A model generated the notes under the pieces. It had not been told where the DNA came from and ran no database searches. It saw only the letters and a program-made list of their open reading frames with translations. Shown here in pieces: positions 30,141 to 40,140 of a DNA stretch of 64,000 nucleotides (positions are counted from its first letter, which is position 1; every line of letters begins with the position of its first letter). The position numbers and the translations under genes are program-made. Source of the DNA: Promethearchaeota archaeon (GTDB lineage: Archaea; Asgardarchaeota; Lokiarchaeia; Sigyniarchaeales; SOKP01); NCBI GenBank assembly GCA_019058295.1, contig JAHPZI010000008.1:1-64000 (forward strand), in the 5' to 3' direction.

Positions 30141-30941
30141 TTAGCCCTCCAACAATTTATTTAAAAGTAATTCATAATCATCAATTAAAAATTGCTCAAG
30201 AAATGCATTATTATGAGCATGAATTAATGCTACCATTACTTCTTTTAAATTTTTAGCATTTTTAGCATATTTTAATAGATTTTCCGGTGTAGGATCACTA
30301 GAAAATTCTTTCGCTTGTTGTTCAAAACCAAATTTCTTCCTTTCAGGCAAGGAGTTAAAAAATCCAAATGAAGAATATCCTTGATGCTGAAAAAAAATAA
30401 AAAATCTCGACTTAATCGATTTAATAATCTCCGATAAATAAACGCTTGGATAAATTTCACCTAAAATTAAATCTTCGTCTTGATTAATTACGAAATAAGG
30501 TGATATAGGAGATACTTGGCTTCCGTACATTTCTTTCGGGGGTAGAGAGATGAAAGGTAATTTCTCGTCCACGATTGACCATAAATCTTCCCTATTTTTA
30601 GCTATTAAGATCTCTTTAATTTCATCATAGGCAAAATAGAAATCAGATTGAAGTGATAACAATGAACTGAGATATACTGATAAGGACGCAAAAGTTGCTT
30701 CTAAAAGAGGACGTCTTCCACTATCGGTGGGTTTAGCAGCGCCCTTCCAAGCTCGAAGTGCGCTATAAGCAAATCCCTTAACGTCGAAGAATTGCCCTGA
30801 TAAAAATATAAAAGATGGGGCTTCCCCTTCAGGAGAGGATAAAAATTGAGATGCCTTATTGATCAATAAGTCTTGTATTTTTTGATCGTTGAATTTAGAG
30901 TGGACTTTCGGCATTATTAGCCATTTTTGTTTTTTTGCCAA
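30141..30941 (-). CDS. Hypothetical protein coupled to the GTPase; possible roadblock/longin-derived regulator
   Basis: Stop lies 2 nt before the GTPase ATG; mixed alpha/beta pattern. Confidence 0.6.
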   Translation of the reverse strand: MAKKQKWLIMPKVHSKFNDQKIQDLLINKASQFLSSPEGEAPSFIFLSGQFFDVKGFAYSALRAWKGAAKPTDSGRRPLLEATFASLSVYLSSLLSLQSDFYFAYDEIKEILIAKNREDLWSIVDEKLPFISLPPKEMYGSQVSPISPYFVINQDEDLILGEIYPSVYLSEIIKSIKSRFFIFFQHQGYSSFGFFNSLPERKKFGFEQQAKEFSSDPTPENLLKYAKNAKNLKEVMVALIHAHNNAFLEQFLIDDYELLLNKLLEG

Positions 30942-31075
30942 GATTGATACACTCCATTTATTTTAATACAATTAATAAAAATTGCTGAAATTTTAACTTT
31001 TCGTGTTATAATTAATCAATAAATATAAATATATAATTTTAGCGATTAGTGAAATATTTATTCATTGTCAATTTG

Positions 31076-31681
31076 TTATAATTGAGGAGTTAACAGCTGT
31101 TTTATTCTTGAAGTTATTAAATCATAATCATTTATCGATTTTAAATTTGAAATTTCAATATTTTCGATTATATCTGTGTTTTTGAAATATTTATAATTTA
31201 ATTTCAAATCAGGATTTTTTTCTTTAATTTTGATTAATGCGCCTCTTAAAAAAGTATTAATAAAATCTTCAGAAGTTTCTCTAATTGGATTTTGTGAAGG
31301 ATTGGTGAATTTGATTATAACTATATTGAAATCAATAAATTTTAGAACACATAATAATTCTTGATTATCATTAGAAAATATTTTTCTTTTGATACTACTT
31401 CCTTTAAGGTTATCTTTTTGAATTTCCTCTTTGAATAATTCGTTCATTGGCTCCGTACTTATTTTATCCAGAGCTTTATGATATATTTCGTCTGCGCTAT
31501 GAAAAGATTTGCTTGAAACCATAGAATTAAGATAGTTTAGGACATTTTTTAATTCAGAGATTTCTACTTGTAATTCTTCGATCTGCTCTTTTTTTTTATA
31601 GTAAAGGTTCTGAATAGTACTTAGAATTTTTGTCAATTTCTCTATTTCTGAATCTTTTTCACTATTTTCCATTGAATTCAT
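31076..31681 (-). CDS. Hypothetical protein with N-terminal coiled coil
   Basis: Heptad-rich KKEQIEELQVEISELKNVL followed by SFHSADE. Confidence 0.65.
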   Translation of the reverse strand: MNSMENSEKDSEIEKLTKILSTIQNLYYKKKEQIEELQVEISELKNVLNYLNSMVSSKSFHSADEIYHKALDKISTEPMNELFKEEIQKDNLKGSSIKRKIFSNDNQELLCVLKFIDFNIVIIKFTNPSQNPIRETSEDFINTFLRGALIKIKEKNPDLKLNYKYFKNTDIIENIEISNLKSINDYDLITSRIKQLLTPQL

Positions 31682-31781
31682 ATATATTTTAATATTAATT
31701 AAAGATATTTTATATTAATTTTATATAACTTTATTTATAAAAATTCAATCTAATTATCATTTTTTTATCGTTAGAATTATA

Positions 31782-32642
31782 ATGCTATCAATGATCATAA
31801 CTCCGAAACCAGATGACCCTGAAGTAGAAATTTTAACTGAAGAATTAAATAAAAGGGATTATAAAGTAAATTACTTTATTCCTTCAGCTATTAAAGTAAA
31901 AGTAAATATAGACAAATTTGAAGAACAATTTAAAGATCTTGAACCAAAAAGAGCACTCGTTAGAGGTTTTGGAGTATGTGCTCCACAGAAGATTTTTTTT
32001 AGACTTGATATATTAAGAGCGATCGAGGAACATGGTGTCAGATTAATAAATTCGAGAGAAGCTTTAGAATTGGCAAGCGATAAATTTTTAACATCTATAA
32101 TTTTAGAAAAAAACAATATAAAAACACCAAAGACAATAATTTGCGAAGATCCTAAAGAAGCACTAAACTCTTTTGAAGAACTCGGAAATGATGTTGTTTT
32201 AAAACCGTTATTCGGATCAAAAGGAATTGGTATAACTCGATTGAACGATAAAGCTTTTGCTGAAAACGTTATATACAATTTAGGACACTTAAATGAAATC
32301 TTCTACTTACAAGAATTTATTAAGCATTACAATAGAGATATTAGAATTTTAGTGGTTGGAGATAAGGCAATTGCGGGTATGTACAGAGTAAGTGATAACT
32401 GGAAAACTAATATTCACGCAGGAGCCCGAATGGAGCCTATAGAACTAAATATAGAATTGAAAGACCTTGCTATTAATGCGGCAAAAGCAGTTAAGACGGA
32501 AATCGCTGGAGTTGACATCGTTGAAAGTGAAAAAGGACTTTATGTATTAGAAGTGAATTCAATTCCCGGATTCACTGCATTGCAAAAAGTTACAGATATT
32601 AATATTGCTGAAGAAATTATAAATTACTTTTTAGAAAGTTAA
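31782..32642 (+). CDS. RimK/MptN/CofF-family ATP-grasp amino-acid ligase
   Basis: ASDKFLTS, VLKPLFGSKGIGI, YLQEFI, RDIR, WKTNIHAG, AGVDI, LEVNSIPGF. Confidence 0.93.
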   Translation: MLSMIITPKPDDPEVEILTEELNKRDYKVNYFIPSAIKVKVNIDKFEEQFKDLEPKRALVRGFGVCAPQKIFFRLDILRAIEEHGVRLINSREALELASDKFLTSIILEKNNIKTPKTIICEDPKEALNSFEELGNDVVLKPLFGSKGIGITRLNDKAFAENVIYNLGHLNEIFYLQEFIKHYNRDIRILVVGDKAIAGMYRVSDNWKTNIHAGARMEPIELNIELKDLAINAAKAVKTEIAGVDIVESEKGLYVLEVNSIPGFTALQKVTDINIAEEIINYFLES

Positions 32643-32807
32643 TAATAAAGCGTTAATATTAAAAACGTATAATAAATCTCAAATACTAAAATTAAATAAT
32701 AAAATGTTCCAATTCAATATAATAAAATTTTTTTAATAGATTGCAAATAGTTAAATAATTAAGGAACATTAGAATAGTAATAATAATATTTTAATGGTGT
32801 ATAAAGT

Positions 32808-32945
32808 ATGGGAGACGAAGAAAAAAAGAAAAAAGGCAGTTTTAAGGATAAATTGAAAAAAGGTATGAAAAAAGTATCTAAAAAAGTAGGAAAAAAAGGA
32901 GCTAAAGCAGCTAAATCAACTGTAAAAGAAGTAGAAACAGATTAA
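32808..32945 (+). CDS. 45-aa Lys-rich microprotein (not in ORF track)
   Basis: SD GGTG + ATG; MGDEEKKKKGSFKDKLKKGMKKVSKKVGKKGAKAAKSTVKEVETD*; followed by T-rich terminator-like tracts. Confidence 0.7.
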   Translation: MGDEEKKKKGSFKDKLKKGMKKVSKKVGKKGAKAAKSTVKEVETD

Positions 32946-33036
32946 TTAATTACTACTTTTTTCATTTTTTTTTATTTCTTACTTTCTATTATTAATTTAT
33001 ATCAATTTTAAACAATGATATCTTTAAAGTTCTCTA

Positions 33037-34023
33037 ATGCTAAAATATAAGAAATTATTTGTTTTACTAACATTATTTACTTTTAGCTATATCGCTATAA
33101 TATTTTATATTCATGCTAAGCAAATTTATCCTTCAGAATCACTTGAGTTAGCAGTTAGCAGAATAATAATGATTCTGTTTTTTAACTTATTTCTTTACTC
33201 CCTCATTTTTATTATCGATATAACTTATTACAGACGATTATTTTTAATTATTTTAATCATAATTACAGCAATTTGGTTAATTGAATTAATTACTTGGGCT
33301 TATTTCGATTTAACTCCCATCTCACTTCAATATGGGACTTTCTGGGAAGTTATACTACTTTTATCATTTTCTCTAATAGGTCAAGGATTAATTATTTACA
33401 TAATATATTATATTAGGAAGACCTCGGCAAAATTAAGTGAAGCGAAAGTTTTCGGGAGATATCATATACATGAAGGTTTCATTGGCATTCTTTTCATTGT
33501 AATTGCCTTATTTTTATTTATCTTACGTTCTTCCCTACTCTTTTTAAACGATATATATTGGAAAAGATACTATTTTATATTATGGTTAGTTCAGATATTT
33601 CTGTTTATTTTCTTATATTTAGGGAGTTTTCTTTTCTTTAGGGATTGGCACGATGTATTAAAATTTAAATTTATAGAAAAAAGAAAAGCTTCCAACGAGT
33701 TTTCTCAAACTGATAAGCATTCTGCTTTTATTCGTATTACTCAAAAAGACCTTCACTTTTATGAATTTCCCAAATTAATATATTATCCATTTGGAATACT
33801 ATTAACGATTTTTGCTTTAAATGCATTAGTTTATGGAACATATTTTTTACCAACGGAAATTATTTATCTTGAAACCGAATCGATTATTCGTTTGGGATAT
33901 TTAATATGTTTTATAGCTGGTGGTATGATTGGAAGAGATTGGCTAAGGTTATTTAGAAAAGTTTATCCCAATCTATACGAAGAAATTAAAAAAAGAATAA
34001 ATAAATTAAAAAAAGAAAATTAG
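33037..34023 (+). CDS. Multi-pass membrane protein of unknown function
   Basis: About 8 TM helices; motif GRYHIHEG. Confidence 0.7.
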   Translation: MLKYKKLFVLLTLFTFSYIAIIFYIHAKQIYPSESLELAVSRIIMILFFNLFLYSLIFIIDITYYRRLFLIILIIITAIWLIELITWAYFDLTPISLQYGTFWEVILLLSFSLIGQGLIIYIIYYIRKTSAKLSEAKVFGRYHIHEGFIGILFIVIALFLFILRSSLLFLNDIYWKRYYFILWLVQIFLFIFLYLGSFLFFRDWHDVLKFKFIEKRKASNEFSQTDKHSAFIRITQKDLHFYEFPKLIYYPFGILLTIFALNALVYGTYFLPTEIIYLETESIIRLGYLICFIAGGMIGRDWLRLFRKVYPNLYEEIKKRINKLKKEN

Positions 34024-34721
34024 GTTTTTAACCCTAAATACATCCATAGTGCGGATGTCATTCCTACTGCTCTTATAAAGCCTATAGCAATCCCTGCAGG
34101 GATTAGAGAATCCAGAGCTCCAGCTATAACAAAAACGATGATACTTGTAAATAAAAGCAAGAATTTTCTTCTTAATTCGCCAGTTGATTGTTTTGCTTTT
34201 ATTAAAAACCCTATACCCAGAAAGCCTAGTGCACTTAGTAAAAATATAGCAATTAATATGAATGTCGGAGAAGCTCTATTAAATTGCGCATCAATTAGAT
34301 CCTGCCCAGGATGTGCTGCGGCAAGTTTTTCAAACGTATTAGCTGTATCAAAAAAGAGAAAAAGCTCGAAAATTACACCTAAAATAGCAAAAGCAATTAC
34401 TATAGGCCATTTTACCTTAGGAAAGATGAGTTCGCCACCAAGATACATTCCAACAATAATAGCAGGAGCAACCCACATATAACTTAGATATCCATATATA
34501 AAATTCGGATATATATTATTTCCGGTAATCAAAACAACCAAAAAATCAGTAAAAGGGCCAAGCCATAATAGTCCTGTAAAAACCATCATTAAACCAGCGA
34601 TACCAAGAAGTTTAGCTTCTAACTTTCGGGCCTTATAAAAAGACAATAATCCAAAAAAAGAAGCAAATATAACAATAAGAGCTGCGGATAATCCATCCAG
34701 CCAACCAATTGGAGATAGCAT
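34020..34721 (-). CDS. About 7-TM membrane protein of unknown function
   Basis: Hydrophobic helices; STGELRRKF loop. Confidence 0.7.
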   Translation of the reverse strand: MLSPIGWLDGLSAALIVIFASFFGLLSFYKARKLEAKLLGIAGLMMVFTGLLWLGPFTDFLVVLITGNNIYPNFIYGYLSYMWVAPAIIVGMYLGGELIFPKVKWPIVIAFAILGVIFELFLFFDTANTFEKLAAAHPGQDLIDAQFNRASPTFILIAIFLLSALGFLGIGFLIKAKQSTGELRRKFLLLFTSIIVFVIAGALDSLIPAGIAIGFIRAVGMTSALWMYLGLKT

Positions 34722-34888
34722 TTTAAGATTTCACTTATTTCAATTTTAATTTTTAATATTTTTTTAAAATTAAAAAAAACTATCTTATAATAAGTTAATA
34801 ATATTATAAACCTTATTCATTCTAAGGGATTGACACTTGAATATTAACACGAAAAAAATAGATTTTAAGAAACTATAAATTAAAAATT

Positions 34889-35479
34889 TTAAAGTAAATT
34901 ATAATTAAACTCATTCTTTAAAATTCTAAATATTTTATGCATTGGTAAGCCAATGACATTCGACGAGGACCCTTGAATTGCTTCAATAAATAAACTTGCT
35001 TTTTCTCTAATAGAATAAGCCCCTGCTCTTCCCTTCCACTCCCCTGATTTAATATAATTCCATATTTCTTTGTCGAGTAAATTTATAAATTTCACTGATG
35101 TACTGTCATATTCCACTATTAATTTAGAATGATTTGTTTCAGTAATAGCGAATCCAGTTATAAGATTATGAATTTTTCCAGCTAATGTTTTCAATATATG
35201 GAAAGCGTTTTCCTCATTCTTAGCTTTTCCGATGATTTCTCCATTTAATTCAATAACTGTATCTGCTGCAATAATAATTACTTTTTTGCCTTCCTTACTT
35301 AATGAGTCCTTAGCGTTCAGCGCTTTTGCTTTAGCTAATTGTTTTACTAATTCAATAGGATTAGAAAATCTTGTCTTATATTTGTTTTCGTCAACATTAG
35401 TTATATAAACTTCAAATGGGAGTTTAATATTTTCTAATAATCGATTTCTATCAGCCGATTTAGAAGCTAGTACAATCAT
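34889..35479 (-). CDS. maf: Maf-family nucleoside triphosphate pyrophosphatase
   Basis: IVLASKS..R, AADTVI, IGKA, GRAGAY, NVIGLP. Confidence 0.93.
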   Translation of the reverse strand: MIVLASKSADRNRLLENIKLPFEVYITNVDENKYKTRFSNPIELVKQLAKAKALNAKDSLSKEGKKVIIIAADTVIELNGEIIGKAKNEENAFHILKTLAGKIHNLITGFAITETNHSKLIVEYDSTSVKFINLLDKEIWNYIKSGEWKGRAGAYSIREKASLFIEAIQGSSSNVIGLPMHKIFRILKNEFNYNLL

Positions 35480-35525
35480 TTTGTCTCTAAAGTTTTATTA
35501 ATTAAAAAATAATATTAAAAATAAA

Positions 35526-36647
35526 ATGGATGTGCATTTTTTCTATATTTGGTTTTTAATAATATTAGTTTCACATTTTATAATATTATTCTCATATACG
35601 CATTTTTCAACTAAAGAAGATATATTAAATAACATTCTTGGTTTTGGTGCTTTATTTTTTGTTTTTATACACATCCCTATGTTTCTTTTACTAATGTTTC
35701 AAGATACTGATCTTCATAAGTTCACACTACCTCTTTTTTTAGATGCAGTGCTTTTACCTTTAATATTGATTGGATTAGGTATAATTATCTCCACCATAAT
35801 ATTATTGATATTTAGGTCTGTTTTTAAATCGAAAGATTATTCTGCCATGAAACAAAAAATTTTGATCAAATTACAGGGTATGAGTAAAACTAGAAAAGAT
35901 CTTTTTAGAAAAATATGGCATATCTTAATTTTTATATGTTTGTTCGTTATCTGGTATTTAAGTTATAATTTTGTGTTTACATATATGAGTAAAAAAAAGA
36001 AGCCAAAAATCGAGCCAAAAATTACCAATATGCTTTATTTATATTTGCGGATATTAACAAAGCCAAATTCTATTAAAAATGTTCTCTTCAATTTACAATG
36101 GTTCTATTATGTTTTATTTTTCTTTTTTTATATCTTTAGTCTAATAATGCTAGTAAATGAATTTACTAGAAAAACTGAAAATCTTGGATTTCCTCTTAAT
36201 TTTATTCCTCTGTTGTTATTAACTGACGAGGAAAAAGAAAATTATGGCACTTATCTATATTTTGCGATTGGCAATATGTTTGCTGCTTTTATTTGTCCTC
36301 CAATGGCATTTTTTGCCATCCTCGCTATGAGTTCTATAGGAGATCTAGTCCCAAGCCAAGTAGGAATTAGATATGGTAAAATTCAAATTCCTTGGAATAA
36401 AAAAAAGACTTTTGAGGGTACAATAGCAGGTGCATTGGCTTCTTTCTTCTTGTGTTTCTTTTTTGTAGGTTTTATTTACGCACTTATTTTTGCAACTGCT
36501 TTTATGTGTATTGATTTATTTTCAAGAGATCCAATAAATATTACTGATAATCTCCTTATTCCCATTGGCTGTGCTCTTATTTTTATTTTTATTCGATTTT
36601 ATTTCGATTTTGATTACAATCCAATTATTTTAGAATTGTTTTTTTAA
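35526..36647 (+). CDS. CTP-dependent polyprenol/diacylglycerol kinase family (dolichol/phytol kinase, DGK1-like)
   Basis: RKIWH, GD..SQVGIRYGK, KKTFEG, DNLLIP. Confidence 0.8.
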   Translation: MDVHFFYIWFLIILVSHFIILFSYTHFSTKEDILNNILGFGALFFVFIHIPMFLLLMFQDTDLHKFTLPLFLDAVLLPLILIGLGIIISTIILLIFRSVFKSKDYSAMKQKILIKLQGMSKTRKDLFRKIWHILIFICLFVIWYLSYNFVFTYMSKKKKPKIEPKITNMLYLYLRILTKPNSIKNVLFNLQWFYYVLFFFFYIFSLIMLVNEFTRKTENLGFPLNFIPLLLLTDEEKENYGTYLYFAIGNMFAAFICPPMAFFAILAMSSIGDLVPSQVGIRYGKIQIPWNKKKTFEGTIAGALASFFLCFFFVGFIYALIFATAFMCIDLFSRDPINITDNLLIPIGCALIFIFIRFYFDFDYNPIILELFF

Positions 36648-36709
36648 ATGGATTTTTTTGTGAAATAAATTAACTTTATTAGGAAATAAGAAAGTTTTTA
36701 TTACTTATA

Positions 36710-37819
36710 TTGCAATATTTCATAAATTACTATAAAGATGATGATAAGATGATTCTATTTTTACCAGTTATGATATTAAGTTTTGTAATTGTTATATTCA
36801 TGTTAATACATATAATTAGAACATGGAATTCAGAAGATAAGAGTACTTCCAAAAAGATTAACGAGATTATATATACAATATTAGCGTTAGCATTTGGGAT
36901 TTATTATCCGTTTTTAATATTAAAGCTCGGAGGATCTGAAAAAGGAATTTTTTTAGGTACAGCAATAGAAGAGCTTACGCTTTTAGGAAATTTATTTATT
37001 TTTGGAGTTATGATGGGTATAGCTGCTTGGGGAATTTCAGCAAAAATTAGAACGATTAGAAATCCTGAACTTCTAAAAGAGCAAAACAATTATGATTCTT
37101 TTTGTAAGAAACTCTTAGAGGAGTATCCCGAAAGATCCAAAATGTCAAGAAGAATTACACATATACTTCCTGGGGCGACAGTTACATTAATCATCGTTAT
37201 ATTTTACTTCCTTCAAGGGTTTTTAGGGGATTCTTGGAGTATTTACGCTTTATTTTTTATTGTTATTATAGGTATTGATTTTGCTTTTACCTTTGTAGCC
37301 CAAGATTTAATTCGATTATTCGATTTTAGTTATATGCCTCCAACCGCAGTAAGAATGTGTAGTGCAGGATTAACTCCTGACGAATTAGATTCATTTTCAA
37401 GTACTTCTGTTATGGTGTTCTCTTTTGGACCATTTATATTTCTTAGTTTTCCTATATTTTTTATAGTTCTTCTCATAACTTCTGTTTCAGATGCGATGGC
37501 ATCCATTATTGGAATTAAAAGTGGAAAAAGAAAGCATTGCTTTCCAAAAAGCACAGATAAATGTATTGAAGGATATTTGGCGGGATTCGGATTTACTTTC
37601 ATTTGTACCATATTTGGAGTTGTTTTTTCTAACATTTTTGGATTATCCAATTGGTCAATTGAATTAGCATTGTATCTGGCAATTATTTTGTCAATAGTAT
37701 TTGTTTTAATTGACATTATAACAAGTAAAGTTGAATTGCAAGATAACTATTTAAATCCTCTTATTACTGGAATTGTTATCATTTTGGTACTAATTAGTTT
37801 AAATATTTCAATTTTTTAA
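36710..37819 (+). CDS. Second CTP-dependent polyprenol/diacylglycerol kinase family protein
   Basis: RRITH, SDAMASIIG, KCIEG, DNYLNP. Confidence 0.75.
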   Translation: MQYFINYYKDDDKMILFLPVMILSFVIVIFMLIHIIRTWNSEDKSTSKKINEIIYTILALAFGIYYPFLILKLGGSEKGIFLGTAIEELTLLGNLFIFGVMMGIAAWGISAKIRTIRNPELLKEQNNYDSFCKKLLEEYPERSKMSRRITHILPGATVTLIIVIFYFLQGFLGDSWSIYALFFIVIIGIDFAFTFVAQDLIRLFDFSYMPPTAVRMCSAGLTPDELDSFSSTSVMVFSFGPFIFLSFPIFFIVLLITSVSDAMASIIGIKSGKRKHCFPKSTDKCIEGYLAGFGFTFICTIFGVVFSNIFGLSNWSIELALYLAIILSIVFVLIDIITSKVELQDNYLNPLITGIVIILVLISLNISIF

Positions 37820-37892
37820 AGATTTGAAGCTTTGATTATTATAAAATTATTTTATAAAAGAGATTAAAAAAAAAATGTTTTTTTTGGTTTTG

Positions 37893-38330
37893 CTAAGAGC
37901 TTTCGTCTTTTTTTTCTAATAAACTAAAAGCCTTTAAAAGTTTCAAAAGTTTTAACTTTCCCTTAACTTTTATATTCTTGTCCTTTACGTCGTCCTTCAT
38001 TAGTTTCACTACAGAAGCTTTTCCTGAAACTATATCAAATAGCAATTGAGTTGAAACTTGTAGCATGGCATCATATCCTATCAATGTTTTTCTTTTAACT
38101 AAATTCATTGTGGGTTCTGATTTCTTATATTCCTTAACATCAACAGTTCCATTTTCGAAAATTATCAATGCTGCTTTTAATTGATCATTAGGATTCAAAA
38201 GAACCTTAAGAGAGGTGTCTTTATACTTTTCTTTAAATAATTCGCTATCATTTAATGGAGCTAATTGCGTATAAACGACTTTAGGAAAACCTCTGAGTCC
38301 TTTTTCTTTTAATTCCTCTTTAGAAACCAT
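37893..38330 (-). CDS. SCP2 sterol-carrier-like protein
   Basis: C-terminal LFDIVSGK...IKVKGKLKLLKL pattern. Confidence 0.55.
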   Translation of the reverse strand: MVSKEELKEKGLRGFPKVVYTQLAPLNDSELFKEKYKDTSLKVLLNPNDQLKAALIIFENGTVDVKEYKKSEPTMNLVKRKTLIGYDAMLQVSTQLLFDIVSGKASVVKLMKDDVKDKNIKVKGKLKLLKLLKAFSLLEKKDESS

Positions 38331-38606
38331 TTTAAATTAAACCTTTTTGTAGTGTTTTAGAAGATTTACCCTAGTACTCTATTAACCAAGTACTAAAATT
38401 TCTTTTTTTTGTATCGAATTATATTTATATTTATTACAATCTTTATAAATTTGCTATATTAATTCAAATTCATATTCTAATGAAATTTAAAATCGATTAA
38501 ACTTGTTTTATCGGATAAAACGAACTAACAAAAAAGTAAGTATATTTATATAAAAAGGTTGTTTTATTTTCTTTTAAGGGTTTTTGGTGGAGGATAAAAA
38601 GGGGAG

Positions 38607-38640
38607 AAATTGAGGTAAGGATATTTTTCCTTACCAATTC
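38607..38640 (-). terminator. Stem-loop immediately 3' of the MoaD-like gene
   Basis: GGTAAGGA-TATTTT-TCCTTACC (38614-38635), followed on the minus strand by a C/T-rich tract. Confidence 0.5.
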
Positions 38641-38643
38641 TAA

Positions 38644-38937
38644 TCACCCTCCGAAATATAAGTATAAAAATGTGATGTCATCTCCATTTTTTAATAATGT
38701 CTGTAAAAATCCATCATGCCTATAGCTTCTTCCATTTATTATAATGGAAAGAAATGAACTAAAAATACCTTTTTTATTTTTTTCCCATATTAATTCTTTA
38801 AATTTATTTCCATATTTTTCGTAAAAGTATTCTAATAATTTTTGTAGAGTTAATTCTTTTTCAAATTCAATTACTTTATGCAATTCTTTTGTTAATTCGT
38901 TAAATGGAGGTTCAAAATGGACGTTAAGAGATATCAT
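38644..38937 (-). CDS. MoaD/ThiS/SAMP-like sulfur-carrier protein
   Basis: IIINGR...LKNGDDITFL..FGG C-terminus. Confidence 0.9.
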   Translation of the reverse strand: MISLNVHFEPPFNELTKELHKVIEFEKELTLQKLLEYFYEKYGNKFKELIWEKNKKGIFSSFLSIIINGRSYRHDGFLQTLLKNGDDITFLYLYFGG

Positions 38938-39114
38938 TTAAATTATTTTTTTCTATATTTATTTCTCTTGCTATTTAATAATAATAAAAATATAAAATTT
39001 TTTTGCTACTTTTTTATAAAAAAAAAAGAATTATTTTGTAGATCTTATTAAAAATTTAACAATAAAATTATAAAATATAAGAGATCTTTTAATCCCTATA
39101 AAAATTAGGATGGT

Positions 39115-40122
39115 TTGAAAATGGCTAAAGTTATTTTTATTTCAAAAAACAACGTTCGTGATGCCTGGTTATCTGCGGTTGGACAAGTTTTGTACAATGG
39201 AGATGATATTAAAACTGAATATGATAAACCTGAAGATCCTCCATCTAAGGACGCAACAGTGTTAATAGAGATAAAAAAACCGATGAGTAATCCAATCATG
39301 CGTAGAGATAAAATTTTAAAGATTAAATCGAAATTTGGGAATTCTTATGAAATCTATGGTGAAATGGCAGATACGTACTTAGTGGGGTCAATACAAAGTG
39401 GATATATCGAAGAAATTATGGAGGGAATACACGATCATTATTTATGGGATTCGGGAGTGAGTTTTCCTTATTCTTACCATGACAGAATTTTCAAATATAC
39501 TCCCTATGCACTAGAAGATTCAAGCCATATTCATTATAAATTAAGCAATGTAAAAAGCTCTGATGTGATAAAACAACAGAAGTTAATAAAAAGTGGGAGT
39601 GTTTCTATGGAACCTCCGGTATGGAAAGTGGATGAAAAGGAATATGATTTAAATAAAGAGATCTCAGAACAAGTTTCAGAAAAAGAAATCTCCCTAGAAT
39701 TATATGAATTGCCAAGAATCAATCAAATTGACTATATAATACAAAAATTAAAAAAAAGCCCATATAGTCGAAGAGCTCAAGCAATAACCTGGAGACCTCT
39801 TGTAGATCCTTATCATGACGATCCTCCATGCCTTCAAAGAATATATATGAGAGTTAAAGATGATGAGTTATTAATGCAAACAACTTGGAGAAGTCGCGAT
39901 TTATTTCGTGCTTGGGAAGCTAATGTAAATGGGATGGTTAGAATTCAAAAATATGTGGCTGATCAATTAGGAGTTGAAACTGGACATTATTTAGACTTTA
40001 GCAACTCTCTTCATATCTACGGAAATACCATTTCTGAAGTCAAAGATATGTTAAACAGAATGAAGAATAGAGGAGAAATATTTCCTGAAGAAATTCTTGA
40101 TTTAATGAATAAAAATGAATAA
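39115..40122 (+). CDS. thyA: Thymidylate synthase, archaeal ThyA type, with insertions
   Basis: YSYHDRI, SRRAQAITW, PPCLQ, WRSRD, EAN, SLHIY. Confidence 0.88.
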   Translation: MKMAKVIFISKNNVRDAWLSAVGQVLYNGDDIKTEYDKPEDPPSKDATVLIEIKKPMSNPIMRRDKILKIKSKFGNSYEIYGEMADTYLVGSIQSGYIEEIMEGIHDHYLWDSGVSFPYSYHDRIFKYTPYALEDSSHIHYKLSNVKSSDVIKQQKLIKSGSVSMEPPVWKVDEKEYDLNKEISEQVSEKEISLELYELPRINQIDYIIQKLKKSPYSRRAQAITWRPLVDPYHDDPPCLQRIYMRVKDDELLMQTTWRSRDLFRAWEANVNGMVRIQKYVADQLGVETGHYLDFSNSLHIYGNTISEVKDMLNRMKNRGEIFPEEILDLMNKNE

Positions 40123-40140
40123 AAAAAATTTAGATAAATT

